Assembly: GCF_004010195.1 (NCBI RefSeq)
Contig: NC_057727.1
Coordinates: 17,437,306 to 17,501,305, forward strand
Direction: 5' to 3'
Origin: Chiloscyllium plagiosum
Taxonomy: Eukaryota
Length of the DNA: 64,000 bases
Shown here: positions 39,068-51,699 of the stretch, one piece after another
Position numbering within the stretch: position 1 is the stretch's first letter
Layout: every line of letters begins with the position of its first letter
Program-made: the position numbers and the translations under genes
The notes under the pieces: generated by a model
Told to the model about the DNA's origin: nothing
The model's input: the letters and a program-made list of their open reading frames with translations, nothing else
The model's database searches: none

Positions 39068-39073
39068 TTTATT
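39068..39073 (-). terminator. Candidate ARPC4 polyadenylation signal (AATAAA); another at 38956-38961
   Basis: tttatt on the + strand about 300 and 400 nt downstream of the ARPC4 stop codon. Confidence 0.45.
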
Positions 39074-39365
39074 TTTCAAAATACAAATGCATTAACTTAG
39101 TCCCTTCAATTTATGAAAGGCCCAATGACAGCAGGAATTGCTGTGTAAATACAGTATCAGTTGAAAAATGATCCAATAATACTAAAGCCAGCAGTCTGGT
39201 TGAGTTATGTACAAACCTTTACCAGCAGGCTGGTCAGTTTATTGTATGTGTCCCCTTTCAGCAGATGATTACACCCACCCCCACCCCAAGCTTCCTTCCA
39301 GCAGTGCAGTTTCACACGGTTTTGCGTAACCTTGGTCTTGTTAGATGACAGCAAATGACCCAGTA

Positions 39366-39371
39366 TCAGAA
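39366..39371 (-). CDS. ARPC4: ARPC4 exon 6 (last codon plus stop)
   Basis: tttatttttgtttttgcag|TTC TGA supplies the terminal F* of ..EEFLKNF. Confidence 0.8.
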   Translation of the reverse strand, partial: F

Positions 39372-40240
39372 CTGCAAAAACAAAAATAAATTGTTATTAC
39401 ATTCAGAATACTTCTTATGACCATGGAAATGTGCTTAGTGGAAAATACTTTCAGTACCAGGTACTGCCACTTTTATTTGTCACATATCTGCTTGAAAACA
39501 TATTTCCTACTCACCAGAACCATGAAAAGAAGGAAACTTAGTATTTCAGATCAGGTTGAAGGCAACAAACTATATGCAGTTGACGTGGAACCAAGACTTT
39601 TGCAGAACTTAATCCTCAATGATTAGAAAGGACACCTGGCTTTCCTCAAGAGGCATAGCTGCAAACAGGAATTAGCTACAAGTTGGATTCCACAACTTCC
39701 TGGCGTCCTATAATTTTGAATGCTTTTCTCCTTGAAACAATTTTATCTCCATTGGATCTTAAGCATAGAGCATGCAGCAAATTAGGGAGAAAAATGGGAA
39801 ACAACAGGGAAAGAGAAAGTGAGATAAAAGTACTGGAAATGGAGGCTCCAAGGTATGGAGAAAGGAAAAGGAACACAGAATTATAGTCAGGAGCAAGGGA
39901 AACCAAGGTGGGAAGAATGACAGAGAAAGGATTGAGGGAGCGGATGAGAAAAAGACAAGAGGAAGAGGAATAGAGAAGGACAGGAGAAATGGCCAAGGAG
40001 AAACTTTTGCAAAAGGTGAACAGAATTGACGGGAGATGGGCAAGTAGAGGACTGATCGTAAATTGGAATACAGCATTGGAAAGGATATCACAAGAGCACA
40101 AAGGTGCAATACATAAGTGTAACTGAAATGGAGATAGGTCAAGGAAGAGTAGGTTTTTGGAGCAGATGAACCAGTGAAAACAATGGGTGTGAAATAAACA
40201 GGTTGTGGAGAAAGATGGGACAGAGCTGTTTGGAATCACC

Positions 40241-40276
40241 ATTCCTGAAGAAGGGCCTGTGCCCGAAACGTCGAAT
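40241..40276 (+). ncRNA. Intact minimal type I hammerhead ribozyme motif
   Basis: attc-CTGAAGA-a-GGGC ctgt GCCC-GAAA-CGTC-gaat: perfect stem I (attc/gaat), 4-bp stem II, ACGU palindrome and a GUC cleavage site. Confidence 0.88.
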
Positions 40277-40369
40277 CTCCTGTTCCCTGGATGCTGCCTG
40301 ACCTGCTGTGCTGTTCCAGCAATAAAGTTTCAACTTTGATCTCCAGCATCTGCAGACCTCACTTTCTCC
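40241..40369 (+). mobile_element. Penelope-terminus-derived short element
   Basis: Homologous to 1424-1553; tcaccat duplicated at 40236-40242 and 40370-40376. Confidence 0.85.
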
Positions 40370-42501
40370 TCACCATATGCTTCAAGCGGCTATCAAAATC
40401 CTGGTCACATGCATTCTTGGACTAGCAGCCTGGAACGTCCTCACAACCCTGTCTGGAACCCTTACCAAACAAACATTCTTTACTATTGGAAGTGATTGCC
40501 AGAAAATAAGAATAGCAAACTCAAAGCGAAATGACAGCAACATGACTGAAATAATATTAAGCAACACAGAATCAAATTAAATTTGAAAGGCGACTGAAAT
40601 TGACAGACCAAGTAAAAGACACACCGGTCAACACAATGATTACAGGCCGCAAGATTTTTCATTATCCAAGATATGCTAAAAGCAGGTCTTGCATTCAATA
40701 TATGCTTTGTGCTTGTCACCAATTTCCAGAAGCAGCATTTTTTTCTGATACTATTTATACCATGCCTTAGAATTAGCTCTGATTTTTAAGCTGAACAAAA
40801 ATCACACTGCTGTCTCGTTAATTCACGACAGCCAGTTAAAACAGAGAAGCTCATGTGTTCTCTCAGCATCAGCTACAAAAGGAAGACATTTAGGATTTGT
40901 TTAACCCCTGAATGACACAAATGAGCTCTTAAAGGTTTAAGAATTCAAAGATCCTGAAGAATACACGAAACTGGAAGAATATCCATGGGAAATTCCACTG
41001 TAGTCCTTTTGCTGTTTGGAAAAGTGAAATATTAAAAGTTAATATAGCAGTGATCTTGAAGTTTAATGTATAAGACAGGCTTTGAGACACCATTTTAAAT
41101 ATAACTCCAAATAGTACCGAGAGAGAGAGGAGTGGGAGGCGGGCAGAGAGAGGGAAGTAATGTTCTCAGAGTCAGGGAAAGGAAACCTAGCTGAACGACT
41201 GCTGTACTGAACCTGCAGTGCTATAAAAATGAAACAAGAAATCTTCATCCCAGAAACTCTGATCTGTGGGAGAAATCTCCAGCTATTCAACTACAAAACT
41301 AATTGAAAAGTTAGTCAGGGTTCAATGCTTGCAAAATCTTTCACCTTTGAAAAATAATTTACACGCATATTACAAGTCTGTAATAATAGATTTAGCAACT
41401 TTCATTTTTAAAAGTATCTTCTATACATACCTACTTTAAATCCTTGTTTTTGCATGTAAGTCTCATTTCAATAACTGAGTAGCTGTCAATCATTGGGTAA
41501 TGAAGCAACTTCTATTTAAGACTAAAGCGTTGCTAGTTATTTGAAATTAAAAATCTAAAAGATGTCTAAGTGAGCTATATAAATTTGCAGTTTATGAATC
41601 ACTGATATCACACTTGATGTAGTCATAATAAAAGTTAGAAGTATATGAAAATGTACATCATTTGCTTGACTGGGTTCAGCTGCAACATCAATCAAACTGC
41701 TTGAAGCCATCCAAAACGGTTTGCTAAATTAACAACCCTATGAACATGTCAATATTCAACACTTTCACCACAGGTGACGAGCAAAAAGACAATGCCAGTA
41801 GTGAAGTTAGAATACCGTCTTCAAATCTCTCACCGTTCTGACTTGGGAATAGGAGGCGGCGATTCAACTTAAGCCTATTCTACTTAATTAAATCTTAGCA
41901 AATCTATACTGAAACTCCATTTCCTGATTTGGGTCCTAATCTCTCAGTACCCTTGCCAAAACAAAACTCTGGTTTGTAACATCCAATATCTGTTGAATGC
42001 AGAGCAGGCTCGAAGGACTAAGTGCCCTATTCCTGCTCCTAATTCTGTTTGTACAATAACTGTCCTAGCCTCAACAGCTTTTTGAGAATTTTTCAGTAAC
42101 TTGTGAAAGGTAATGAATATGGCCTGTGACGTCCATATCCAGAACAAATAAAAGCTGGAGTCATTGGGCTAGTTCAGCACACTTCCGTTTTAATGAAGTC
42201 ACCGCACAGAATAAAAGTAGTGATGCTTAAAAAATGTTCATCTAAAACGAGAAGTCAAACACATTTGAGGAACTCATTTACCAAGAAACAAAAACCACCA
42301 ACTGCAAAATAAGGTCTTCGCAAAAACTACTGAATCGAGATAACTTATGCAATGTTGACAGACCTAGCAACTACACACCAGGGAGCAATTAAGTCACAGT
42401 TTTCCAGCTTTTGTAATTTGTGTAACACAACCATAGAAAGCAGGCAAATACTATCCTATAAAATTTGCTGGTTTAGATGGGGAAAGACAGGAAAGACTCA
42501 C

Positions 42502-42672
42502 ATTTTTGAGGAACTCTTCTGCAACAATGCGAGCTCTGGCATTTAATGACAGTTTCATTTCGCTGACTTCCTTGTCAATCTCCTCCATGAAATGAATGAC
42601 AAAGTCAACCAGTTTATGTTTGTACATTTGTTCAGTATGGAAGTTGGTGATCAGGAAACTGATGTCATAGCC
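42502..42672 (-). CDS. ARPC4: ARPC4 exon 5
   Basis: gacag|GGC..AAT|gtgagt; [57 protein letters not shown] (171 nt). Confidence 0.97.
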
Positions 42673-43212
42673 CTGTCAGGAAAGATAGAACAGACAGAGA
42701 CAGTATTTATTAAAGACAGTGACATATTCAACTTTATCCAGCAATTCAAAGGGGACAGGATGGTTACAAAACAAAAAATAATTGGTGACTTCCCTTGACA
42801 TATTTTCACACAATTTAAACATTAAATTTGAGCTGGGCTCCAGAAATTTCCTATCTTGATACATTTCTGCCATTAATCTTGCAAAGCCTTTGGTGAATCT
42901 CATTCTGATCAAGATGAGACTTAATTTCACGGAGGCTGGGTTCAAAACCACATTCAAAAGAGGAGAACTTGTAGCACAACCTAGTTGCATCACCCATATA
43001 TTCAATAAGAAACATTCAGCTGCACATGCTAAAAAAGATTAATTTATCTTCAGTATTTGTTACTCACAATTGTGGCATATGTAAAGACCACATTCTACTA
43101 TCCCATTAAGATAGTGAAGTGTTTCAAGCTCAGCACTGACACGAGACCTAATGAAGTCAAATGACATGTCATGAAAAATAGGCAAGCAAAACTCCTGCCT
43201 TCCTCCATCAAT

Positions 43213-44885
43213 TAAGAACATAAGAACTTGGAGCAGGAGTAGGCAATTCAGCCCCTTGAAACTGCTCTGCCATTTAATATGATCATGGCTGATCTCATCT
43301 TAATCTCAACTCCACATTCTCCTTTAGCCCATTACTAATTAAGAATCTGTTTATCACCACCTTAAATAAAATTTACTTGATGTCCCAACATCCGCTGTAC
43401 TCAAGGATAGCAAAGTCCACATATTTGTGATCCTTTCCTCATTTCCATTTTAAATCTGCCACTCCTTAGCCTAAAATTAACTGTTGTTCTAGATTGCTCC
43501 TCAAGGGGAAATATCTGCTCTACATTGACTTTCCTTTACCATCCTACATAGCTCAATTAGATTTCCTCATCTTTCTAAACTCAAGTATAGACCTGAACTA
43601 ATTGATATAAATGACAAAATGGATCCAGCACCGATCCTTATAGCACATCACTGGTCATAGGCCTCCAGTCCAAACAGTAATCCTCCACCACCACCCTGTC
43701 TCCTACCTTTGAGCAAGCTATGTATCTAAATGGCTAGTACTCCCTGTACTCAATGTGATCTAACCTTGCTAAACAATCTCTCATAAGACAAGCCTTTCAC
43801 TGAAGTCAATCTCGTGAACCTTTTCTGAACTTGGCTCCAATGCAATTACACGTGTCCAAAACTGTATACAGTACTCTGGATGTTGTCTCACCAATGCCTT
43901 GTACAACTGCAACAACACTTCCCTGCTTTTATACTCTGTTCCTTTAACAATAAATGCCAAATTCCATTTGCCCAGCTTTACCTGCATGAACTTTTTAGTA
44001 CTGCGACCACTAGGACTTATAACAGCACACAAACCAACAGCCACTCTCAGACAACTCAGCAAAACGAAGGACCCGATACCCAGCATGAGCAAAACTAACG
44101 TAGTGTACAAAATCCCATGCAAGGTACCGGCCACTACAGCGGAAAGCTGAAACTGACAACCGGAAGTGGCAGGGACAGGCCACTATAAATGCCGGAGGAA
44201 ACACCACAGAAGCGCTTCACAGGAGGCTCCCAAGCACTGAGGATGCCACCTAGACAGGGGACGAAACGTTTACAACAAAAACTTCCAGCTCGGCGAACAG
44301 AACCACAACAACGAGCACCCGAGCTACAAATCATCTCTCAAACTTTACTCCTAGTTTTATTCAGTATTTTTTCCCCCGTTGATGGTAATTGTTTTGTATT
44401 CCCCCTTTTATATAAACTCTGCATTACCCGTTACTAGTGAAATTATTTCGGCATCCTCCAGCATGAAAAGTAAGGCAAAATATCAATTGTGTCTGTTTTT
44501 ATGTTCCCAATTTTGAACCTCCCAGTCTCACCCTCCAAGGGACCAACATTCATTTTAGCCACTCTTCCTTTATACATACTTACAGAAGCTTTTGCTGTTA
44601 TATTTTAATTTTATATTTTGTGCTAGCCTTCTTTCCTAATTAACCTGTGCTCTTTTTATTAGTTTCTTTTAGCAACCCTTTGTTGGCTTTTAAAAGTTTC
44701 CCAATCCTCCAGCCTGCCACTGATGCTTGCGGATATGGTATACCTTAGTTTTTACCTTTACACTATGATTAACTTCCTTGCTTAGTCCTGGAGGTTTTTT
44801 TTTCCTCCCTTACAATCTTGCCTCCTCAGTGGAATGTAGTTTAGTTGGAAGGAATTGAATATCTCCTTAAATGTCTGTCATTGTT
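43213..44885 (-). mobile_element. CR1 fragments interrupted by a Penelope fragment
   Basis: Reverse tail aagaacataagaac..ggagcaggagtaggc; minus-strand LLQLYKALVRQHPEYCIQFW. Confidence 0.75.
44000..44345 (+). mobile_element. Penelope-like fragment (second family) with hammerhead motif at 44234-44273
   Basis: LRPLGLITAHKPTATLRQLSKTKDPIP..NVVYKIPCK (start of the GIY-YIG region); gca-CTGAGGA-t-gccacc tagaca ggggac-GAAA-CGTT. Confidence 0.8.
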
Positions 44886-45189
44886 AGAGGAGCAGTACAT
44901 CATAGGCATAATATTGAATGCTACTTGAAAGAAACACGAGAGAGTAAATAGAACACAGAATATATTCTGGGTGGGGGACTTCAATATCCATCATGAAGAA
45001 TAGCTTTGTAACAACTGACTGAACTTGTTTCTTCAAAGGATATAACTGAGCCTGAAGTGACCCTGACTATTTTAGAGGCATCTCCACAATTGACTACTGT
45101 GCAACCTTTGTGGAGACAAAAAAAAACTGCCTTCACCTGGAGGATGGGATCATATGAAATAGGATTGAAATAGTTTGCTCCATTATTCA

Positions 45190-47230
45190 CCTAAATCCTG
45201 GCTTATCTTCTATCTGTAAGCCATTTTTCCCTGTAGTATCTCTATTTCCCTGAATGGATTTAATATTTGGAAATTTATCAATCACTGCTTTGAACATACT
45301 CAGTGACTGAGCTCTCACACCTCTATGGGTTAGAGAATTCCCAAGCTTCACCACCAAGGGAATAATTTACTTCCCAGCTCAGGCCTAAATAGCCTAGCTT
45401 TTATTCTGAGACTGTTCTTGAACCTGCAAATTCCATACCCACCCCCCCCAACCAAGATAAACATGCATCCTGCAGTTACCTTGTCAAGCACTGCTACAGC
45501 CTTTGAGATCATCTCTCATCCATCTAAATTCTAGACAATGCAGGCACAGACTCCACAAACGATCATTACCAGATAATCCCACCATCCCAGGATCTCAATT
45601 GGTGAAAGTCTGTCACAGTTCAATGGAAAGTAGGTCCTTTATTAGGTAAAGAGATAAAAACATACAATACATACAATAAATCTATACTATAGACCAGGTG
45701 CAGTCTCAACAAGGTACGACATAACTACAGCAACATATCTCTATTCTTATACTCAAATTAATTTGTATTAAAGGCCAAAATACTTTCCTAATTGCTTATT
45801 GCATTTTTATATCAGCACTGTAACTCATGAGCCAAGGTCTCTTTGGATATATTTCCCAATCTCTCACCACTGCAGAAATGTTCTGCACTTACCACTTATG
45901 ACCACTTATCCACATTATATTCCATTTGCTAGGTCTTGCCCACTCAATCTGTCTAAACTCTTGAATCCTCAATTCACATTTTCATCTTGCTTTTTTTTAA
46001 AAAACAAATGAACTAGAAATATTACATTTGTTCCCCACATTCAAATAACTGATATGGATTGTAAAGAGCTAGAGCCTAAGCATTCATCATTGCAGTATGC
46101 TGCAAGTCATTGTCTAAGCTAAAAATGACTCATTTGGTTTATTTTGCTTAACCTCTAGTGTGGTAAGTCATTGAAAGCCTTGAAAATAAAAAGTACACCC
46201 CATACATTGGTTTCACATTACCCATTCTTCAGTTACATCCTCAAAAACTCCAACAGATATTCATATTGATTTTGTCCAGTCTTACCCTTTTTTTTTGGTT
46301 TAAGTGCCTAGTTATCACATCCTTGTAATAAGATTCTAGCCTTACGACTGATGTCAGACTAACAGGTCCATTGATCCTAGTTTTCTTTTCTCCTGCCTAC
46401 TTCCTACGTTTGCTACTTTCCAATTTGCAGAATATTGCAAGATGACCAACATATCCACCACTTCTACAGCAACACATTGGGATGCAGAACGTCAGATCAA
46501 GGGGATTAATCAAATTTCAGTCCCACTTTCTCGCAGTACTTTTTGTTTTTAAAATATACTGATATTAACTTCTCAGTTCCACAATCTCACTAGTAGCTTG
46601 CTTCTTGCTTCTCTAGTATTTCCATGAAGTTTTTTGTATCTTCCTCCATGAAGACAAAGTATTTGTTTAGCTTCTCCACCATTACAAACTTTGTTTCTGC
46701 CCTATAGTGGTCGCACCGATGTCTTTGCTAACCTTTTCTTTTACATACCTACAGAAGATATTATAGCCAATTTTTATTTCTTGCTAGTTTACTTTCGTAT
46801 TCTATTTTCTACTTTAGTTCCTAGGACCTCCTTTGTTAATATCTAAAAATGCTCTGAATCTTCAGGCTTATAAAGTTTCCAAAAAAAAATTGTATGTCCC
46901 TTCCTTTGATTTAATAAAATCTTTAACTTGTCAGCCATGGTTGGATCACTTTTGCTGCTGAGTTTTTCTGCACCTCAAAAAGAATGTATATTTGTAGTCA
47001 ACTCTATTAATTCCTAAATGCTGGTTGATTCCCATTATTGGGAAACTATATTAAAAGGAGTGAAAACAATCTATTGTCCCACATAGCTTCCCTCACCAAG
47101 ACTCTAGACTCAGATTGAACTGTACTACTTTTGAACTCAACATAAAATTGTCAGGTGATGGCCACTCTTCCCTAGAAGCTTCTTTATAAGATTAGTTAAC
47201 CTTCTGTCATTGCCCAGTACCATATGTAAA
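45190..47230 (-). mobile_element. Highly decayed CR1 LINE
   Basis: Reverse-strand CR1 tail and RT remnants (taacaggtc = YRPV-like; agaattcccaagcttcaccacc = VVKLGNSL). Boundaries approximate. Confidence 0.5.
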
Positions 47231-47407
47231 GTAGAAAGGAGGGATCATATCTGTTTGCACTATTAATTCATCTACCATACAATGAATGTTGTGTGCATTA
47301 AGATGAGTTAAACACTATCATTTATAAACATAGAACAGTCCAGTACATCACAGCACAGGCCCTTCAGCCCTTGATGTTGTGCCAGACTTTTATCCTATTC
47401 GAAGATC

Positions 47408-48690
47408 AGGCTTTGTGCATGGGAAATTATGTCTCACAAACTTGATTGAGTTTTTTGAAGAAGTAACAAAGAGGACTGATGAGGGCAGAGCAGTCGATGT
47501 GATCTATATGGACTTCAGTAAGGCATTCGGCAAGGGTCCCCATGGGAGACCGATTAGCAAGGTTAGATCTCATGGAATACAGAGAGAAATAGCCATTTGG
47601 ATACAGAACTGGCTCAAAGGTAGAAGACAGAGGGTAGTGGTGGAGGGTTGTTTTTCAGACTGGAGGCCTGGAGTGCCACAAGGCTCGAGGCTGGGTCCTC
47701 TATGTTTTGTCATTTACATAAATGATTTGGATGCGAGCATAAGAGGTACAGTTAGTAAGTTTGCAGAAGACACCAAAATTGGAGGTGTAGTGGACAGCGA
47801 AGAGGGTTACCTCAGATTACAACAGGATCTGGACCAGACGAGCCAATGGGCTGAGAAGTGGCAGATGGAGTTTAATTCAGATAAATGTGAGGTGCTGTAT
47901 TTTGGGAAAGCAAATCTTAGCAGGACTTATATACTTAAGGGTAAGGTCCTAGGGAGTGTTGCTGAACAATGACCTTGGAGTGCATGTTCATAGCTCCTTG
48001 AAAGTGGAGTCGCAGGTAGATAGGATAGTGAAGAAGGCGTTTGCTATGCTTTCCTTTATTGGTCAGAGTATCAAGTACAGGAGTTGGGATGTCATGTTGC
48101 GGCTGTACAGGACATGGTTAGGCCACTGTTGGAATGTTGCTTGCAATTCTGGTCTCCTTCCTATCAGAAATATGTTGTGAAACTTGAAAGGGTTCAGAAA
48201 AGATTTACAAGGATGTTACCAGGGTTGGAGGATTTGAGATATAGGGAGAGGCTGAACAGGCTGGGGCTGTTTTCCCTGGAGCATTGGAACCTGAGGGATG
48301 ACCTTATAGAGGTTTACAAAATTATGAGGGGCATGGATAGGATAAATAGGCAAAGTCTTTTCCCTGGGATCGGGGAGTCCAGAACTAGAGGTCATAGGTT
48401 TAGGGTGAGAGGGGAAAGATACATATATATAAAAAAAAAGACCCAAGGGGCAACTTTTTCACGCAGTGGGTGGTGGTACGTGCATGGAATGAGCTGCCAG
48501 AGGACGTGGTGGAGGCTGGCACAATTGCAACATTTAAGAGGCATTTGGATGGGTATATGAATAGGAAGGGTTTGAGGAGATATGGGCCGGGTGCTGGAAG
48601 GTGAGACTAGATTGGGTTGGGATATCTGGTCGGCATGGACGGGTTGGACCGAAGGGTCTGTTTCTATGTTGTACATCTCTATGACTCTAA
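47408..48690 (+). mobile_element. 5'-truncated CR1, same family as 3293-8052
   Basis: GFVHGKLCLTNLIEFF, DFSKAF, GVPQGS and LERVQKRFTRMLPG motifs plus tail. Confidence 0.95.
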
Positions 48691-49089
48691 GTGTGGAGCA
48701 TAAATTTATCTGCTGGTGCACTTTTGTTTGAAAGACACCGACTATATACTACCATATATATTAAGTCCCTTATTGCTATCTTGCTCCTTGCCCTTTCTCT
48801 TTATCACATCTTTCATCACCTGATTCCTTACCCGCACTGTTTCGTTTAAAGCTACTGCCCTAGTTATACAACTTGCTAGAATACTGGTCAGGGCACAGTT
48901 AAATCCCCATAGTACGTCCCTTTTCCCAGCACAGAATCACTATTCCAAGCATCAATCATGCAGTGTTGATCAGATTTTGAATTTCAAGAGTATCCATGAG
49001 GTGCCATCAGCAGAATTCCACTAAAAAAAATCAGTCACCTTGTAGCCTTGCAGATTCCTTTGCTCAACCAATAAAATGAAGACAAAAAT

Positions 49090-49745
49090 CCAATGATAGT
49101 TCAATAAGAAGTCTAAGGGAGCTTGACAGGAGCATTACATACACCTAAGTATAATGGTGAAACTACAACACACGACTAATGAATATTAAATTGAAGGCAG
49201 TATGCTATAGAGATCCAGCCAATCCCACAAGTAATTTAAAAATTCAGCACTTCTGCTAAATTCTAAGGTGAGTTACTTGTATTCTGACTCTAAAATCCTT
49301 TCACCATTTACAAGGCACAACTCAGGAAAGTGACAGAATACTTTCCACTCATACAGGTTTGCACAGCTTCAGCTATAGTCAAACTCAACACAGGCCAGGA
49401 CAAAGCAGACTTCTACCTCAAATATTTGTTGCCTCCACAAACGATGTGCTGCAGTTGCATTTGACATTGTCTACAAGATGTAATATGGTAACTTATGGCC
49501 ATCAAGAACATTCACAAACCCATTCACGCATGACCATGGACAGCGAGTGCAAGGGCACACTACCAGCCACAAGTTCTTCTCTAAGTCACAGTGACTTGGA
49601 AATATATTACATAAAATCCATGAACTCCTTAGATATGATAAAAGGTGTACCTTCAGGACCTGCAATGTAGCAGCAGAACACTGTTCATCACCTTTGAGGT
49701 TAATTAGGGATGGGCTATAAATGTCACTTGTCAGCAACATTCATA
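49090..49745 (+). mobile_element. Decayed non-LTR retrotransposon 3' end
   Basis: TIYKAQLRKVTEYFPL (YKAQVR..MEYSPL-type motif) and the tail aattagggatgggctataaatg. Confidence 0.55.
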
Positions 49746-50122
49746 ATCTAACATAAAAGTATTGAAGTTTGATGTCTCAATTATAAGCTTTGATAGTGTA
49801 TAGGACATGATCTAGGCAGAGAATGGTGCCCAAGTCTGTTTCAAACCAGCGGACTGGTTGAAATCTGTTGATACATGCCTGCCCACCCTTTCTCTCAGTA
49901 CCTTAACACATCACCAATGGGGTCCTGAATTGTCCAAGGGAAGACAATAGAATTTCTTTAAGTTTCAAACAGGGGCTGAAAGAAAGAGGATCTGCAAGCA
50001 ATAATACGCACAATGTTTTGATTAAACTAGAGTTTAGATTTTTGACCAAATAATCATGCTAAATGGAGTAAAATAGTATGATGCATTCATGGACGTCCCG
50101 AATGAAGCATGGAAAAGATTTT

Positions 50123-51085
50123 GGTGAAGATTTGTAGTTCAGGTTGTAAGTTTGCTTGCTAAGCTGGTAGATTTGTTCTCTGACATTTTGTCACCATGCT
50201 AGGTAACATCATCAGCAAGCCTCCAATGAAGCACTCATGTTCTGTCCTACTTGCTATTAATTTGTCTTGGTCTGTTGTGGTGGGTGATATCGCTTCCGGT
50301 TCTTTTTCTGAGAGGTTGGTAAATGAGGGCCAACACACTGCAGCACCCAGGGATTACAAGAAGCTGAGAAAAAACACTTATACAAAGTATTCAGGAACAA
50401 CAGGTACCTGATGAGTGTAGTCCGCTCATTCCTTCACAACAGATTAAACAAGACAACAACACACCCAGAGTCTCTTGCCACCCTGCCATACGTTAAAGAC
50501 GTCTCAGAGATGATGACCAGACTACTCCAGCTCCTTGGCATCATGGTAGCCCAGACAAACCTATCACTATATAAACAGCTCCTGATGAATTTAAAGGACC
50601 CTGGTACCAACAACCAGCAAAACAAATGTCATATTCAAAAATAGCCTGCAAAGACGGCAAGAAACATTATTTTGGACAAATGGGCAGGAAACTAGCCACT
50701 GGGATACATGAGCACCAACTAGCCACTAAAAGACATGACCAACTATCACTAGTATCCATACGCACAGATGAACAAGGAGACCAGTTCGACAGGGACAATA
50801 TATCCATCCTGGGACAGGCTAAACAAAGACACACACGGTAATGTCTAGAGGCCCGGCATTCAAACTGGAACTCCATTAACAAACATCGATTTGAACCCCA
50901 TTTACCAACCTCTCAGAAAAAGAATTGGAAGTGATGTCACTCACCACAACAGACCAAGACAAATAAACAACAAGTGGGACAGAACGCCAGCGCTTCATCA
51001 GAGGCTCACTGATGATGTTACCTAGCATGGTGACAAAACATCTGAGAACAAATCTATCAGCTCAGCAAGCAAACTTACAACCCAA
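50123..51085 (+). mobile_element. Penelope-like element (third family): inverted terminal copy, GIY-YIG 3' part and terminal repeat
   Basis: ATLPYVKDVSE, YFGQMGRKLATGIHEHQLA; about 50140-50325 is the reverse complement of about 50898-51082; both copies carry decayed hammerhead cores. Confidence 0.88.
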
Positions 51086-51261
51086 AATATTACTATATTC
51101 TGCAGGGGAGGCACTGAGAGCAGATGGAGAACAAGACAAACACAGGGTATCCACAGATCAGTGGACTCCAAGTGCCCTCAGGTCCTCAACACTATCAAAG
51201 ACAAGTACAGCAAAAATAAGTCTTAAACAGTTAATTGCATTTAACTATATATTGGTATTAC

Positions 51262-51357
51262 CTCAACAGCTTTCCTCCGGAGAATGAAGAAATTCTCTGC
51301 TCTCATCATCATAAATCTCATGAACTTATGACAAAGGATCTTTTCAATCTCATCTGC
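51262..51357 (-). CDS. ARPC4: ARPC4 exon 4
   Basis: tacag|GCA..GAG|gtaata; [32 protein letters not shown] (96 nt). Confidence 0.97.
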
Positions 51358-51699
51358 CTGTAAATGGAAATAAAACTTGAACAGGTACAATTTCTAACCT
51401 TTCTACAGCCAAAGACTGGAGGTACACTTTTAAAGTAGTGATGTTTTTGAGGGAAGTTTTTATAAACACACACAGTAGCACATGTGGAATTACCAACATA
51501 CCCACTGAAAACATTTTGTAGGATGCTGCAGAAGGGACAAAAATCTAGTTCAAATCTGGTATGTTAAAACAAATAGGAATAATATGCCACATGTTTATAA
51601 AGATATATTTTTCTCCAAAAAAAAAGGAAGCATTCGTAACAGGCTGGAAAATCAACACCTTGTCTCCATAAAACCAATTTTCGCTGACCACCACGGCTC

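Noticed and set aside
39676-40242. 188-aa hydrophobic minus-strand ORF
   Set aside because: Artefact of a purine-skewed intronic tract inside ARPC4 intron 5.
47330-47407. Inverted tail before a CR1 as twin priming (also 10879-10905)
   Set aside because: The inverted tails differ from the adjacent elements' own tails; more likely separate adjacent insertions.
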